64,000 nt of DNA from Alphaproteobacteria bacterium. Lineage in GTDB: Bacteria > Pseudomonadota > Alphaproteobacteria > GCA-2731375. The stretch lies in contig VGEV01000001.1 in NCBI GenBank assembly GCA_016869175.1, positions 1,476 to 65,475 of the forward strand, written 5' to 3'. The notes beneath the pieces were generated by a model that saw only the letters and a program-made list of their open reading frames with translations, was not told where the DNA came from and did not search any database. Shown here in pieces: positions 34,741 to 45,906 of the stretch (its first letter is position 1; every line of letters starts with the position of its first letter). A program made the position numbers and the translations under genes.

Positions 34741-37700
34741 ATGGCGCACGCTGATTTTGTTCATCTGCGCACCCACACCGCCTACTCGCTGTCGGAAGGC
34801 GCCCTGCCGATCAAGGAACTGGTCGGGCTTTGCCTCAGCGAGGCGATGCCGGCGGTTGGCATTGCCGACACCGGCAACCTGTTCGGCGCCTTGGAGGCCA
34901 GCGAGGCGCTGACCGCGGTCGGCGTGCAGCCGCTGATCGGCTGTCTGCTGGCGCTGCGGCGCAAGGATGAGGGCCGGCGCAACGGCCGCCCGCAGCCGCC
35001 GGAGCGCGTGTTGCTGCTGGCCCAAGACAATGCGGGCTACGCCAATCTGGTCAGGCTGTCCTCCAAGGCATTCCTGGACAGCGACCCCGGCGGCCCGGCC
35101 GAAGTGACGCTGGACGATCTGGCCACGCATGCCGGGGGCCTGCTGTTGCTGACCGGGGCTGCCGAGGGGCCGCTCGGTCGCTTGTTGCTGGACGGCCAGC
35201 GCGAAGCGGCGCGAGCGCTTGCCGGCAAGCTGGCGGCGATGTTCGCCGGCCGCTGCTATGTCGAGGTGCAGCGTCACGGCACGCCCGCCGAGCAGGCGAC
35301 CGAGCCCGGTTTCCTCGAACTGGCCTACGGTCTGGACCTGCCCTTGGTCGCGACCAACGATGTCTATTTCGCCAGCGCCGACATGCACGAAGCGCACGAC
35401 GTGCTGCTTTGCATCGAGCAAGGCTGCGCCGTCGATGCGAGCGAGCGCCGGCGGGTCACGCCCGAGCACCATTTCAAGTCGGCCAAGGCCATGCAAGCGC
35501 TGTTCGCCGACCTGCCCGAGGCCACGGCCAACACCCTGGTCATTGCCCGGCGTTGTGCGGTTCGCGCACCCAAACGCAAGCCGATCCTGCCCAAATTCGG
35601 CGCCGACGAGCCGGAGCTGCTGCGCCGCATGGCCATGGAAGGACTCGACCGGCGGCTGGCCGACCTGCCTGCGGTCGGGCTGGCCGGAGAGCCGGCGCAA
35701 CCCTATCGCGAGCGGCTGGCCTTCGAACTCAAGGTCATCGCCGAGATGGGCTATGCCGGCTATTTCCTGATCGTCGCCGATTTCATCCAGTGGGCGCTCG
35801 GGCAGGGCATTCCGGTCGGCCCCGGACGCGGCTCGGGCGCCGGCTCGGTGGTGGCCTGGGCGTTGCGCATCACCGATCTCGATCCCTTGCGTTTCGGACT
35901 GCTGTTCGAGCGCTTTCTCAATCCCGAGCGCGTGTCGATGCCGGATTTCGACATCGACTTCTGCCAGGACCGCCGCGAGGAAGTGATCCGTTACGTCCAG
36001 CGCAAATACGGGCCCGAGCAGGTGGCGCAGATCATCACCTTCGGCAAGCTGCAGGCGCGCGCCGTGTTGCGCGACGTCGGCCGGGCTCTGGGCATGGCCT
36101 ATGGCCATGTCGATCGCCTGTGCAAACTGGTGCCGAACAATCCCGCCAACCCGGTCAGTCTGCAGAAGGCGCTGGAGAGCGAGCCCCGGCTGGCCTACGA
36201 GGTGGAGAACGAGCCGCAGGTCGCAAAGCTGTTCGACGTCGCCAGGCGGCTGGAAGGGCTTTATCGACACGCATCCACGCATGCGGCCGGGCTGGTGATC
36301 GGCGACCGGCCGCTCAGCGAACTGGTGCCGCTCTACCGCGATCCGCGTTCCGACATGCCGGTCACCCAGTTCAACATGAAATGGGTGGAGGCAGCGGGGC
36401 TGGTCAAGTTCGACTTCCTCGGCCTGAAGACGCTGACCGTGCTCGACCATACCGTGCGGCTGCTGGCCAGGCGGGGCATCGCCATCGATCTCGGCCGGCT
36501 GCCGCTCGACGACGGCCCGACCTACGCCATGTTGCAGCGGGCCGAGGTGATGGGCGTCTTCCAGTTCGAAAGCGGCGGCATGCGCAACCTGTTGCGCGAC
36601 ACCGCGCCCAGCAACATCGAGGATCTGATCGCGCTCGTCGCCCTGTTCCGCCCAGGGCCGATGGAGAACATCCCGAAATACATCGCCTGCAAGCACGGCC
36701 GGGAAGCGCCGGAATTCCTGCACGAGACCATCGAGCCGGTGGTGCGCGATACCTACGGCGTCATCATCTACCAGGAACAGGTGATGCAGATCGCCCAGGT
36801 TTTCGCCGGCTTCACGCTGGGCCAAGCCGACATCCTGCGCCGCGCCATGGGCAAGAAAAACAAGGCGGAAATGGAAGCCCAGCGCGAGAGCTTCCTGAAA
36901 GGCGCCATGGCGCGCGGCGTCTCGGCCGAGCGGGCGGGCTATGTCTTCGACCTGGTCGACAAGTTCGCCGGCTACGGCTTCAACAAGGCGCACTCCGCCG
37001 GCTATGCCCTGGTGGCCTACCAGACCGCCTATCTCAAGGCGAACCATCCGGTCGAGTTCCTGGCCGCCTCGATGTCGCTCGACATGGGCAACACCGACAA
37101 GCTGAACCTCTACCGCCAGGAACTGGCCCGCCTGGGTATCCGCCTGCTGCCGCCCGACCTGAACCGCTCGGAGGTGGATTTCTCGGTCGAGCCGCTGCCG
37201 GAAGGCGGCAGCGCTATCCGCTATGCCCTGGCGGCCATTCGCAATGTCGGGCGCGAGGCGATGCGGCAGTTGCAGGACGAGCGGGAGGCCAATGGCGCGT
37301 TTCGCGATCTGTGGGATTGCGCTCGCCGCCTGGATCCCCGGCAGGTGAACAAACGCCAACTGGAGAGTTTGGCGAAGGCCGGCGCGTTGGACGGTTTCGG
37401 GGTCAACCGGGCGGCGGCGCTGAAAGCCGTGGATCTGCTGTTGGGCTACGCGCAACGCTCGGCCGAGGAACGGGGCAGCCAGCAAGAAAGCCTGTTCGCC
37501 GGAACCGGCCAGCGTCTGCCCCCGCCGCAGCCGCCGGCGGCGGAGGAAAGCTCGCTCGATGAGCGCCTGGCGCACGAGTTCGATGCGATCGGGTTCTATC
37601 TGTCCGCACATCCGCTGGATGGCTATGCCCGGTTTCTTGCGCGGGCCGAGGTCTGCGACAGCGCCGAATTGCCGGCCCGCGCCGGCCGTGGCGCCAACTG

Positions 37701-38181
37701 GGCGCGCGTCGCCGGCACGCTGCTTGGCAAGACCGAACGCAGCGGCCGCGACGGCAGCCGCTTTGCCCGCCTCAGCCTGTCGGACCGCTCGGGCATCTAC
37801 GAAGTGACGGCGTTCGCGGAAGTGCTGAACCAGGCGCGCGAACTGCTGCAGGCGGGCCGCCGGTTGCTGTTGGAAGTGGCGATCCGCAACGACGGGGAAC
37901 AATTGCGCCTGACCGCGCAGACCGTCGAGGACCTTGCCGCCGCCAGCGCGCGCGGCAGCAGCGGCCTGCGGATATTCCTGCGCGACGAACGGCCGTTGAA
38001 CAGCTTGCGTCAGCTGCTGGGCCAGGGCGCGCGCGGCAAAGGACGGGTGCGGCTGGTGATGGGGCTAGCCGAACTGGGCAAGGAAGTCGAACTGGTACTT
38101 CCGGGCCCGTATGCCATCAGCCCGCAAATACGCAGTGCGATCGAGGGTTTGAACGGCGTCCTTGACGTTCACGACGCATAG
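34741..38181 (+). CDS. dnaE: DNA polymerase III subunit alpha
   Basis: PHP-domain N-terminus FVHLRTHTAYSLSEGAL. Palm motifs PDFDIDFC and GLLKFDFLGLKTL. 1146 aa. Confidence 0.96.
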   Translation: MAHADFVHLRTHTAYSLSEGALPIKELVGLCLSEAMPAVGIADTGNLFGALEASEALTAVGVQPLIGCLLALRRKDEGRRNGRPQPPERVLLLAQDNAGYANLVRLSSKAFLDSDPGGPAEVTLDDLATHAGGLLLLTGAAEGPLGRLLLDGQREAARALAGKLAAMFAGRCYVEVQRHGTPAEQATEPGFLELAYGLDLPLVATNDVYFASADMHEAHDVLLCIEQGCAVDASERRRVTPEHHFKSAKAMQALFADLPEATANTLVIARRCAVRAPKRKPILPKFGADEPELLRRMAMEGLDRRLADLPAVGLAGEPAQPYRERLAFELKVIAEMGYAGYFLIVADFIQWALGQGIPVGPGRGSGAGSVVAWALRITDLDPLRFGLLFERFLNPERVSMPDFDIDFCQDRREEVIRYVQRKYGPEQVAQIITFGKLQARAVLRDVGRALGMAYGHVDRLCKLVPNNPANPVSLQKALESEPRLAYEVENEPQVAKLFDVARRLEGLYRHASTHAAGLVIGDRPLSELVPLYRDPRSDMPVTQFNMKWVEAAGLVKFDFLGLKTLTVLDHTVRLLARRGIAIDLGRLPLDDGPTYAMLQRAEVMGVFQFESGGMRNLLRDTAPSNIEDLIALVALFRPGPMENIPKYIACKHGREAPEFLHETIEPVVRDTYGVIIYQEQVMQIAQVFAGFTLGQADILRRAMGKKNKAEMEAQRESFLKGAMARGVSAERAGYVFDLVDKFAGYGFNKAHSAGYALVAYQTAYLKANHPVEFLAASMSLDMGNTDKLNLYRQELARLGIRLLPPDLNRSEVDFSVEPLPEGGSAIRYALAAIRNVGREAMRQLQDEREANGAFRDLWDCARRLDPRQVNKRQLESLAKAGALDGFGVNRAAALKAVDLLLGYAQRSAEERGSQQESLFAGTGQRLPPPQPPAAEESSLDERLAHEFDAIGFYLSAHPLDGYARFLARAEVCDSAELPARAGRGANWARVAGTLLGKTERSGRDGSRFARLSLSDRSGIYEVTAFAEVLNQARELLQAGRRLLLEVAIRNDGEQLRLTAQTVEDLAAASARGSSGLRIFLRDERPLNSLRQLLGQGARGKGRVRLVMGLAELGKEVELVLPGPYAISPQIRSAIEGLNGVLDVHDA

Positions 38182-38365
38182 GCGCGGGGAGCGGCCGCGG
38201 GGTTGCGCCGGGGCCGCCTTTGGGCTATGTCCCAGCAGGTAATCCACACGCGGGCGTGCGGCCCGTCCGTTCGGCAGAACGGGGGCCGTTCCGGTGTTCC
38301 GGCAGCGGGTCGCGTCGACCCCAAGCCGGAGCGTGCCCGCGGCGGCCCAACCGGAGAACAGCCAA

Positions 38366-39199
38366 ATGACCATCGCGGAACTGCCGTCGTTCAGCATGCG
38401 CCAGCTTTTGGAAGCGGGTGTGCATTTCGGCCACCAGACGCATCGCTGGAACCCGAAAATGGCGCCGTTCCTGTACGGTTCGCGCAATCACATCCACATC
38501 ATCGACCTGCGGCAGACGGTGCCGATGCTGCATCAGGCGCTGCTGGCGATCCGCGACACGGTGCGCAATGGCGGCCGCATCCTGTTCGTCGGCACCAAGC
38601 TGCAATCCTCGGCCCTGATCGCCGACGCCGCCAAGCGCTGCGGGCAGTACTTCGTCAACCACCGCTGGCTCGGCGGCATGCTGACCAACTGGAAGACCAT
38701 CTCGCATTCCATCAAGCGGCTGAAGGAGCTTGAGGAGTTGCTGGCGCAGCAAGGTCTGGGACTGACCAAGAAGGAACTGCTGCAGCTGACGCGCGAGCGC
38801 GACAAGCTGGAACGCGCGCTCGGTGGCATCAAGGACATGGGTGGCCTGCCCGACATGATGTTCGTGGTCGATACGGTCAAGGAAGACATTGCCATCGCCG
38901 AGGCGCGGCGGCTGGGCATCCCGGTCGTGGCGGTGGTCGATTCCAATTCGGACCCCGACCTGGTCAGCTATCCGGTGCCCGGCAACGACGACGCCTCGCG
39001 CGCCATCTCGCTCTATCTCGATCTGGCTGCCAAGGCGGTGATCGCCGGCTTGCAACAGGAGCAGATCGCCAGCGGCGGCGACATCGGCGCCGAGGCGGAT
39101 CTGCCGGGCGAGGAACTGCCGCAGCCGACCGACATCGCCGCCGCCGATGCCGGCGCAATGGAAGGCGCCATCGAGTTGGCCGAGCCGGCCAAGGATTGA
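38366..39199 (+). CDS. rpsB: 30S ribosomal protein S2
   Basis: [28 protein letters not shown]... Confidence 0.95.
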   Translation: MTIAELPSFSMRQLLEAGVHFGHQTHRWNPKMAPFLYGSRNHIHIIDLRQTVPMLHQALLAIRDTVRNGGRILFVGTKLQSSALIADAAKRCGQYFVNHRWLGGMLTNWKTISHSIKRLKELEELLAQQGLGLTKKELLQLTRERDKLERALGGIKDMGGLPDMMFVVDTVKEDIAIAEARRLGIPVVAVVDSNSDPDLVSYPVPGNDDASRAISLYLDLAAKAVIAGLQQEQIASGGDIGAEADLPGEELPQPTDIAAADAGAMEGAIELAEPAKD

Positions 39200-39235
39200 G
39201 GCTCGGCCGGCCGGCGGAGCAACGGAGAACGGGAC

Positions 39236-40162
39236 ATGGCGGAGATCACCGCGGCGCTGGTGCGCGAACTGCGCGAGAAGACCGGCGCCGGCATGATGGA
39301 CTGCAAGAAGGCGCTGCAAGAAACAGCGGGCGAACTGGACGCCGCGGTCGATTGGCTGCGTAAGAAGGGCTTGGCGGCAGCCGCCAAGAAAGCGGCCCGC
39401 GTCGCCGCCGAGGGCTTGGTCGCGGCCCGCGCCGAGGGCCGGGTCGGGACTCTGTTGGAAGTCAACTCGGAGACCGATTTCGTCGCCCGGAACGACAAGT
39501 TTCAGGCTTTCGTCGAGACGGTCGTGCACTTGGTGCCCGGCGCGGACGGCGACCTTGAAAGACTGAAGGCCAGCGGCTATCCGGGCAGCGGGCGCAACGT
39601 GGCCGACGAACTGACCCAGCTCGTTGCCACCATCGGCGAGAACCTGCAGCTCCGCCGCTGCGCCCAGTTGCGGGTGACGGAGGGGGTGGTTGCCGCCTAT
39701 GTGCACGGCGCCAGCGCGCCGGGCCTGGGCCGCATCGGCGTGCTGGTGGGCGTGCAGTCGAGCGGCGAGGCGGGCAAGCTCATGGCGCTTGGCCGTCAGC
39801 TCGCCATGCACGTCGCCGCGGCGCAACCGCAATCGCTCGACATCAAGAGCCTGGATCCCAAGGCGGTCGAGCGGGAACGGTCCATTCTGATGGAACAGGC
39901 CGCCGCCAGCGGCAAGGCCGCCAACATCGTCGAGAAGATGGCCGAGGGCCGCTTGCGCAAGTTCTACCAGGACGTGGTCTTGCTGGAGCAGACCTGGGTG
40001 CACGACGGCGAGAGCAAGGTGGCCGACGTGCTGAGCAAGTTCGGGAAGGAACTGGGCCAACCGGTCAGCGTCACGGGCTTCCGGCGGTTCGTCCTGGGCG
40101 AGGGGATCGAGCGGGCGGAGAAGGATTTTGCTGCCGAGGTGGCGGCCGCCGGGGGGCGCTAG
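39236..40162 (+). CDS. tsf: Elongation factor Ts
   Basis: [27 protein letters not shown] (UBA-like N-terminus). Confidence 0.95.
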   Translation: MAEITAALVRELREKTGAGMMDCKKALQETAGELDAAVDWLRKKGLAAAAKKAARVAAEGLVAARAEGRVGTLLEVNSETDFVARNDKFQAFVETVVHLVPGADGDLERLKASGYPGSGRNVADELTQLVATIGENLQLRRCAQLRVTEGVVAAYVHGASAPGLGRIGVLVGVQSSGEAGKLMALGRQLAMHVAAAQPQSLDIKSLDPKAVERERSILMEQAAASGKAANIVEKMAEGRLRKFYQDVVLLEQTWVHDGESKVADVLSKFGKELGQPVSVTGFRRFVLGEGIERAEKDFAAEVAAAGGR

Positions 40163-40292
40163 GGCAGGGCGCCCACCAGGCGATGCCGGGGGGCGGCTTC
40201 GCCGTCATGGCGTTTTGTTGTAACTTCACCCGGTCCGCCATGCTGGGCGCGGGTCGCGCCGGGGCTAGGACGGCCGTCCCAGGGGTGTCTTC

Positions 40293-41063
40293 ATGCCGCC
40301 ATTGACCGCAACACCTCTGGCCGAGCCGGCGGTGCCGTTGCGGGCCGACGCCCGGCGCCAGCGGGTCTTGCTGAAGATCTCGGGCGAAGCGCTGATGGGT
40401 CCCGGCGACTACGGCATCGACTTCGGCACCGTGCGGCGCATCGCCGGCGATGTCGGCGCCGTGGTCGCACAGGGGATCGAGGTGTGCCTGGTGCTGGGCG
40501 GCGGCAATATCTTCCGCGGCATCGCCGGCGCCACGGTCGGCATGGAGCGGGCCAGCGCCGACTACATGGGCATGCTGGCAACCGTGATGAACGGCCTGGC
40601 GATGCAGAACGCGCTGGAGAGCCTGGGCGTGCCGACCCGCGTGCAGTCGGCTATCCCCATGGCGACGGTCTGCGAGCCCTATATCCGCCGGCGCGCCATG
40701 CGGCACATGGAAAAGGGCCGGGTGGTGATCTTCGCCGCCGGCACGGGCAACCCGTTCTTCACCACCGACACCACGGCAGCCCTGAGGGCCGCGGAAATGA
40801 ACTGCGACCGGCTGTTCAAGGGCACGCAGGTCGACGGCGTCTACACCGCCGATCCCAAACGGGATCCCGGCGCCAAACGCTTCGAGCGGCTGACCTACCG
40901 CGAGATGCTGAACCGCGACCTCAAGGTGATGGATGCCTCCGCGATCTCGCTGGCGCGCGAGAACGGCATCCCGATCGTGGTGTTTTCCATTCACCGCCCA
41001 GGCGCGTTCGCCGAGGTGCTGGGCGGTCGCGGCCCTTGCACGGTGATCGAAGAAGGGAGGTAG
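40293..41063 (+). CDS. pyrH: UMP kinase
   Basis: [11 protein letters not shown]...[10 protein letters not shown]... Confidence 0.93.
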   Translation: MPPLTATPLAEPAVPLRADARRQRVLLKISGEALMGPGDYGIDFGTVRRIAGDVGAVVAQGIEVCLVLGGGNIFRGIAGATVGMERASADYMGMLATVMNGLAMQNALESLGVPTRVQSAIPMATVCEPYIRRRAMRHMEKGRVVIFAAGTGNPFFTTDTTAALRAAEMNCDRLFKGTQVDGVYTADPKRDPGAKRFERLTYREMLNRDLKVMDASAISLARENGIPIVVFSIHRPGAFAEVLGGRGPCTVIEEGR

Positions 41064-41066
41064 GCG

Positions 41067-41624
41067 ATGTCGGCGATGGACATGGCGGGGGTCAAGCGAC
41101 GCATGCAGGGCGCGATAGAGGTCTTGCGCAAGGACTTCGCGGGCTTGCGCACCGGGCGCGCCTCGACCCAGTTGCTGGAGCCGATCATGGTGGAGATCTA
41201 TGGCAGCATGATGCCGCTCAACCAGGTCGGCACCATCAGCGCGCCCGAGCCGCGCATGCTGTCGGTGCAGGTCTGGGACCGCGCGGCGGTGATCCCGGTC
41301 GACAAGGCCATCCGCAAGGCGGGCCTGGGGGTCAATCCGATTGCCGAGGGCCAGATCATCCGGGTGCCGTTGCCGGAGCTGACGCAAGAGCGGCGCAAGG
41401 AGCTGTCCAAGCTGGCGCACAAATATGCCGAGCAGGCCAGGGTCGCGGTGCGCAATGTCCGCCGCGAAGGTATGGAACAGCTCAAGAAGCTGGAGAAAGA
41501 CAGCAAGATCGGCCAGGACGATCATCGTCATCTCAGCCAGGAACTGCAGAAGCTGACCGACGAGACGGTGGGTCAGGTGGACGCCGCGCTCGGCACCAAG
41601 GACAAGGAAATCATGCAGGTCTGA
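41067..41624 (+). CDS. frr: Ribosome recycling factor
   Basis: [28 protein letters not shown]... Confidence 0.95.
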   Translation: MSAMDMAGVKRRMQGAIEVLRKDFAGLRTGRASTQLLEPIMVEIYGSMMPLNQVGTISAPEPRMLSVQVWDRAAVIPVDKAIRKAGLGVNPIAEGQIIRVPLPELTQERRKELSKLAHKYAEQARVAVRNVRREGMEQLKKLEKDSKIGQDDHRHLSQELQKLTDETVGQVDAALGTKDKEIMQV

Positions 41625-41627
41625 GCG

Positions 41628-42362
41628 ATGCAGATCCCTTCCCCCGTCATCGATCGGCAACCGTTGCCGACGCACGTGGCCATCATCATGGATGGCAATG
41701 GGCGCTGGGCGCAGGCGCGCGGCCTGCCGCGCAGCGCTGGCCACCACCGCGGCGCCGAGGCGGTGCGCCGCGCGGTGGAAGGCGCGCGAGAACTGGGCGT
41801 GGGCTATCTGACGCTCTACGCGTTCTCGTCGGAGAATTGGAAGCGTCCGGCCGCCGAGGTGGACGACCTGATGGGCCTGTTGCGGCTCTATTTGCGCCGC
41901 GAGCTAGCGGAACTCGATCGCAACGAGGTTCGGGTCCGCTTCATCGGCGAGCGCCGGCGCTTGCCGGAGGATATCGTCCAGCTGATCGATGAGGCGGAAG
42001 CGCTGACCGAGCGCAATCGCGGCCTGACGCTGGTGATCGCGCTCAACTACGGCAGCCAGTTGGAAATCGTGCGGGCCGCGCAGGCACTGGCCTGCGAGGT
42101 GGCGCGCGGCAGCCTGTTGCCCGAGGACATCGACGAGACCGCCTTCCGCAAGCGACTGCAGACCGCCGATATCCCAGACCCCGACGTGCTGATCCGCACC
42201 AGCGGCGAGCAACGGCTCAGCAATTTCCTGCTCTGGCAGGCGGCCTATGCCGAACTGGTGTTCCTGGACATCCTGTGGCCGGATTTCGGCAAGGCCGACC
42301 TGGCCGGGGCGATCGACGAATTCCACCGCCGCGAGCGACGCTATGGCGCGGTCAGTTCTTGA
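41628..42362 (+). CDS. uppS: Ditrans,polycis-undecaprenyl-diphosphate synthase
   Basis: [13 protein letters not shown]...[14 protein letters not shown]... Confidence 0.93.
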   Translation: MQIPSPVIDRQPLPTHVAIIMDGNGRWAQARGLPRSAGHHRGAEAVRRAVEGARELGVGYLTLYAFSSENWKRPAAEVDDLMGLLRLYLRRELAELDRNEVRVRFIGERRRLPEDIVQLIDEAEALTERNRGLTLVIALNYGSQLEIVRAAQALACEVARGSLLPEDIDETAFRKRLQTADIPDPDVLIRTSGEQRLSNFLLWQAAYAELVFLDILWPDFGKADLAGAIDEFHRRERRYGAVSS

Positions 42363-42400
42363 CCGCCGGCCGCCTCGCCGCGATCGGTCGGCGCTGCGAC

Positions 42401-43234
42401 ATGGGCCATAGCGTGGCGTGGGCCGCCGCCCTGGGACCGTCCAACTTGCGGCTGCGGCTCATCTCCGCGGCCGTGCTCATTCCGCTCGCTCTATTGCTGG
42501 TCGGTGCCGGTGGCGTTCTGCTGCTGCTCGGCACGGTCGTCGTCGTGGCGCTGCTGGCGCTCGAATGGGCGCGGATGACCGGGATGGCGGCTCCGTTGGC
42601 CGTGGCGCTGCTGGCGGCGGCCGCCGGCCTGCCGGCCATCGTCGCGCATTTCGCCGGCCTGCTGGCCGCGTTGGCCGCAGTCGCCCTCGGCATGGCGGCG
42701 CTTGCGCTGTTGGCGTCGAAACGCCTGGCCGTGAACGGATGGGCGAGCCTGGCCGTGGCTTGGTTCGGCTTGCCGGCGGTCTGCCTGATCTGGCTGCGCC
42801 AAGCGGGCGAGCATGCCCCGACCGGCCTTGTCTATGTGCTGCTGGTGGTCTGGGCGGCGGACAGCGGGGCCTACCTGGTCGGCCGCTGGTTGGGTGGCCC
42901 GAAGCTGGCGCCGCGGATCAGTCCGGGCAAGACTTGCAGCGGCGCGGCCGGGGGCCTGGTCGCCACGATCCTGGCGGGCGGCGGGCTGGCGGCGGTGACC
43001 GGCCTGGCGTCGGTGCCCGCCCTGGCGGGGCTGAGCCTGCTGCTGGCGGCGGCCGCGGAGATCGGCGATCTTGCCGAATCGGCGGCCAAGCGGCGCTGGG
43101 GCGTGAAGGACAGCGGCCGGCTCATTCCGGGGCATGGCGGAATATTCGACCGGGTGGACGCGTTGCTGTTCGTGTTACCGCTGGCGGCGGCGGCGGCGGT
43201 GCTGAATGGGGGAGAATTGTTGCCATGGCGTTGA
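42401..43234 (+). CDS. cdsA: Phosphatidate cytidylyltransferase
   Basis: Polytopic membrane protein. C-terminal signature SAAKRRWGVKDSGRLIPGHGGIFDRVD. Start is approximate. Confidence 0.85.
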   Translation: MGHSVAWAAALGPSNLRLRLISAAVLIPLALLLVGAGGVLLLLGTVVVVALLALEWARMTGMAAPLAVALLAAAAGLPAIVAHFAGLLAALAAVALGMAALALLASKRLAVNGWASLAVAWFGLPAVCLIWLRQAGEHAPTGLVYVLLVVWAADSGAYLVGRWLGGPKLAPRISPGKTCSGAAGGLVATILAGGGLAAVTGLASVPALAGLSLLLAAAAEIGDLAESAAKRRWGVKDSGRLIPGHGGIFDRVDALLFVLPLAAAAAVLNGGELLPWR

Positions 43235-44415
43235 CCCAGATCGCGCCCGAGCCGGCCCGGCCGCCCCGCCGGCTGAGCGTGCTAGGTGCCACCGGCTCGA
43301 TCGGGTGCAGCACGCTTGACCTGGTTGGCCGCAGCCGGGGCGCCCTGCAGGTCGAGGCCTTGACCGCGCATCGCAACGTCACCGAACTGGCGGCCAAGGC
43401 GCGCGGCTGCGGCGCGGCACTGGCGGTGATCGCCGATGCTTCGCTCTATCGCGAACTGAAACGCGAACTTGATGGCAGCGGCGTGGCGGTGGCGGCCGGC
43501 CAGAGCGGACTGGAAGAGGCCGCCTTGCGGCCGGCCGAGGTGGTGCTGGCCGGGATCGTCGGCGCAGCCGGCTTGGCACCCACCATGGCGGCGGCAAGGC
43601 GCGGTGCCACCGTGGCGCTGGCCAACAAGGAATGTCTGGTTTGTGCCGGTGACTTGCTCCTGGAAGAGGTCAAGCGCGGCGGCGGCACCCTGCTTCCGGT
43701 CGATTCCGAACACAGCGCGATCTTTCAGGTGTTCGACTTCGAGCAGCCCGAGGCGGTCGAACGCATCATCTTGACCTGTTCCGGCGGCCCGTTCCGCAAC
43801 CTGCCGGAAGACGCCATGCGCCAGGTAAGCCCGGCGCAAGCCCGCGCGCATCCCACCTGGGAGATGGGCGCGAAAATCTCCGTCGACTCGGCCACCCTGA
43901 TGAACAAGGGTCTGGAGCTGATCGAGGCCTACCACCTCTTTCCGGTGGAGGAACGCCAGATCGACATCGTCATCCACCCGCAATCGGTCGTGCACAGCAT
44001 GGTCGAATATGTCGATGGCTCGATGTTGGCGCAGCTCGGCACGCCCGACATGCGCACGCCCATTGCCTATGCGCTGGCCTGGCCGCGACGGATGGCCGCG
44101 CCGGGGGCCCGGCTCGACCTCGTGAAGGTCGGCCAGCTCACCTTCGAGGCACCCGACCACGCGCGCTTTCCGGCTCTGGGACTGGCGCGCGACGCGTTGC
44201 GCCAGGGCGGCGCCGCGCCGATCGTGCTCAACGCCGCGAACGAGATCGCGGTGCACGCCTTCCTGGCAGGGCGGATCGGTTTTCTGCAGATCGCGCGCGT
44301 GGTGGAGCAAGCCTTGACCGACCGCCCGCTGTCGCCCCCGCATCAGCTCGACGACGTCCTGGCCATCGACGCCGCCGGCCGCGCCGCCGCGCGCGCGGCG
44401 ATCGACCGTTTGTAA
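43225..44415 (+). CDS. dxr: 1-deoxy-D-xylulose 5-phosphate reductoisomerase
   Basis: LSVLGATGSIG...VALANKECLV...PVDSEHSAIFQ. Internal start within ORF 42418-44415. Confidence 0.93.
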   Translation: MALTQIAPEPARPPRRLSVLGATGSIGCSTLDLVGRSRGALQVEALTAHRNVTELAAKARGCGAALAVIADASLYRELKRELDGSGVAVAAGQSGLEEAALRPAEVVLAGIVGAAGLAPTMAAARRGATVALANKECLVCAGDLLLEEVKRGGGTLLPVDSEHSAIFQVFDFEQPEAVERIILTCSGGPFRNLPEDAMRQVSPAQARAHPTWEMGAKISVDSATLMNKGLELIEAYHLFPVEERQIDIVIHPQSVVHSMVEYVDGSMLAQLGTPDMRTPIAYALAWPRRMAAPGARLDLVKVGQLTFEAPDHARFPALGLARDALRQGGAAPIVLNAANEIAVHAFLAGRIGFLQIARVVEQALTDRPLSPPHQLDDVLAIDAAGRAAARAAIDRL

Positions 44416-44449
44416 CCCGACACCGACCGCACACAGGCTGTTCGCGCAG

Positions 44450-45838
44450 ATGGACTCGCTTCTGGACCTCCTCCTCCTTCGTTACATCGTGCCGTTCCTG
44501 GCGGTGCTGACCGTCCTGGTGTTCGTGCACGAGCTGGGGCACTACCTGGTGGCGCGGGCCTGCGGCGTGCGCGTGCTGGTGTTTTCCATCGGCTTCGGCC
44601 GCGAGCTTTACGGTTGGAACGATCGGGCCGGCACGCGCTGGAAGATCGGCGCGCTGCCCCTGGGCGGCTACGTCAAGTTCTTCGGCGACAGCAATGCCGC
44701 CAGCGCCCAGGATACCCGCCTGCTCGACGAGATGGCGCCGGCCGCGCAGAAGATCTCCTTCCACCACAAGTCGCTGGCCCAGCGCGCCGCCATCGTCGCG
44801 GCGGGGCCGATTGCCAACTTCGTCTATGCCATTCTGGTGCTGGCGCTGCTGTTCATGGCGTTCGGCCAACGGGTCACCCCGCCCGAGATCGGCCGCGTCT
44901 TGCCCGGCGGCGTCGCCGAAAAAGCGGGCCTGCAGGCCGGCGACGTCGTGCGCCAGATTTCCGGCCGCAGGGTCGAGCGGTTCGAGGAAATCGAGGAAGC
45001 GGTGCTGCTCAATCCGGACCGGCCGCAGGTCTGGCGCCTCGACCGACAAGGACTGGCCTTCGAGGTCAAACTGACCCCGTCGGGGGTCGAGCGAAGCGAT
45101 CTGGAAGGCCTGAAACGACGCTATGGCGATGCCGGCATCCTGCCGGCCAATCCGGCGGTGGTGGGCGAGGTCAGGGCAGGCACGCCGGCGGCCGCGGCCG
45201 GCTTTCAGCCGGGCGACCGCATTGTCGCCGCCAACGGCAGGCCGATCGACAGTTTCGAGATGCTGCAAGACGCGGTCGCGGCGAGCGGCGGGCGGAGCAT
45301 CACGCTGAGCGTGCTGCGGCAGGGTGAGCGGCTGGACTTGGTGACCACGCCGAAGCGCGAGACGGTGCCGGCGGCGGGCGGCGGGGGCCGCGAACGCTGG
45401 CTGATCGGCATCCAGCGCGCGCCCCGCCCGCTACTGCGCCTGTCGCTGGGCGAGGCTGTGGTCGAAGCCGCGCGCACGAGCTACGACCTGATCGACCGCA
45501 CGCTCGGCTATCTCGGCGAGATGATCACCGGCCAGCGCGGCACGGAGGACCTGGGCGGTCCGCTGCGCATCGCGCACGCCTCTGGCCAGGCGGCGCAGCT
45601 CGGCTGGGAGCAAGTCGTGATGCTGTCGGTCCTGCTGTCGCTCAATCTCGGCCTGATCAATCTCTTCCCGATCCCGATCCTGGACGGCGGCCACCTGCTG
45701 CTTTATGCCTGCGAAGCCGTGCGCGGACGACCGCTTACCGAACGCATGCAAGATTTCGCTTTCCGTTTCGGCTTGGCGCTCATTGCCATGCTGGCGGTGT
45801 TCGCCACCTGGAACGATCTGGTGAATTTGTCCTGGTGA
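44450..45838 (+). CDS. rseP: RIP metalloprotease RseP (site-2 protease, PDZ domains)
   Basis: HELGHYLVARACGV (HExxH) and LDGGHLL C-terminal motif. Confidence 0.9.
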   Translation: MDSLLDLLLLRYIVPFLAVLTVLVFVHELGHYLVARACGVRVLVFSIGFGRELYGWNDRAGTRWKIGALPLGGYVKFFGDSNAASAQDTRLLDEMAPAAQKISFHHKSLAQRAAIVAAGPIANFVYAILVLALLFMAFGQRVTPPEIGRVLPGGVAEKAGLQAGDVVRQISGRRVERFEEIEEAVLLNPDRPQVWRLDRQGLAFEVKLTPSGVERSDLEGLKRRYGDAGILPANPAVVGEVRAGTPAAAAGFQPGDRIVAANGRPIDSFEMLQDAVAASGGRSITLSVLRQGERLDLVTTPKRETVPAAGGGGRERWLIGIQRAPRPLLRLSLGEAVVEAARTSYDLIDRTLGYLGEMITGQRGTEDLGGPLRIAHASGQAAQLGWEQVVMLSVLLSLNLGLINLFPIPILDGGHLLLYACEAVRGRPLTERMQDFAFRFGLALIAMLAVFATWNDLVNLSW

Positions 45839-45846
45839 ATTTGTCC
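45819..45846 (+). repeat. Perfect 14-bp tandem duplication (TGGTGAATTTGTCC x2) spanning the rseP stop codon
   Basis: Unit 1 at 45819-45832, unit 2 at 45833-45846. Seen directly in sequence. Confidence 0.8.
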
Positions 45847-45906
45847 GTGGTGGAGTTCCTGGCGGGTCTGTTTTCATAGCGCGGCGCCAGGCGGGGGGGA
45901 GGGGGT

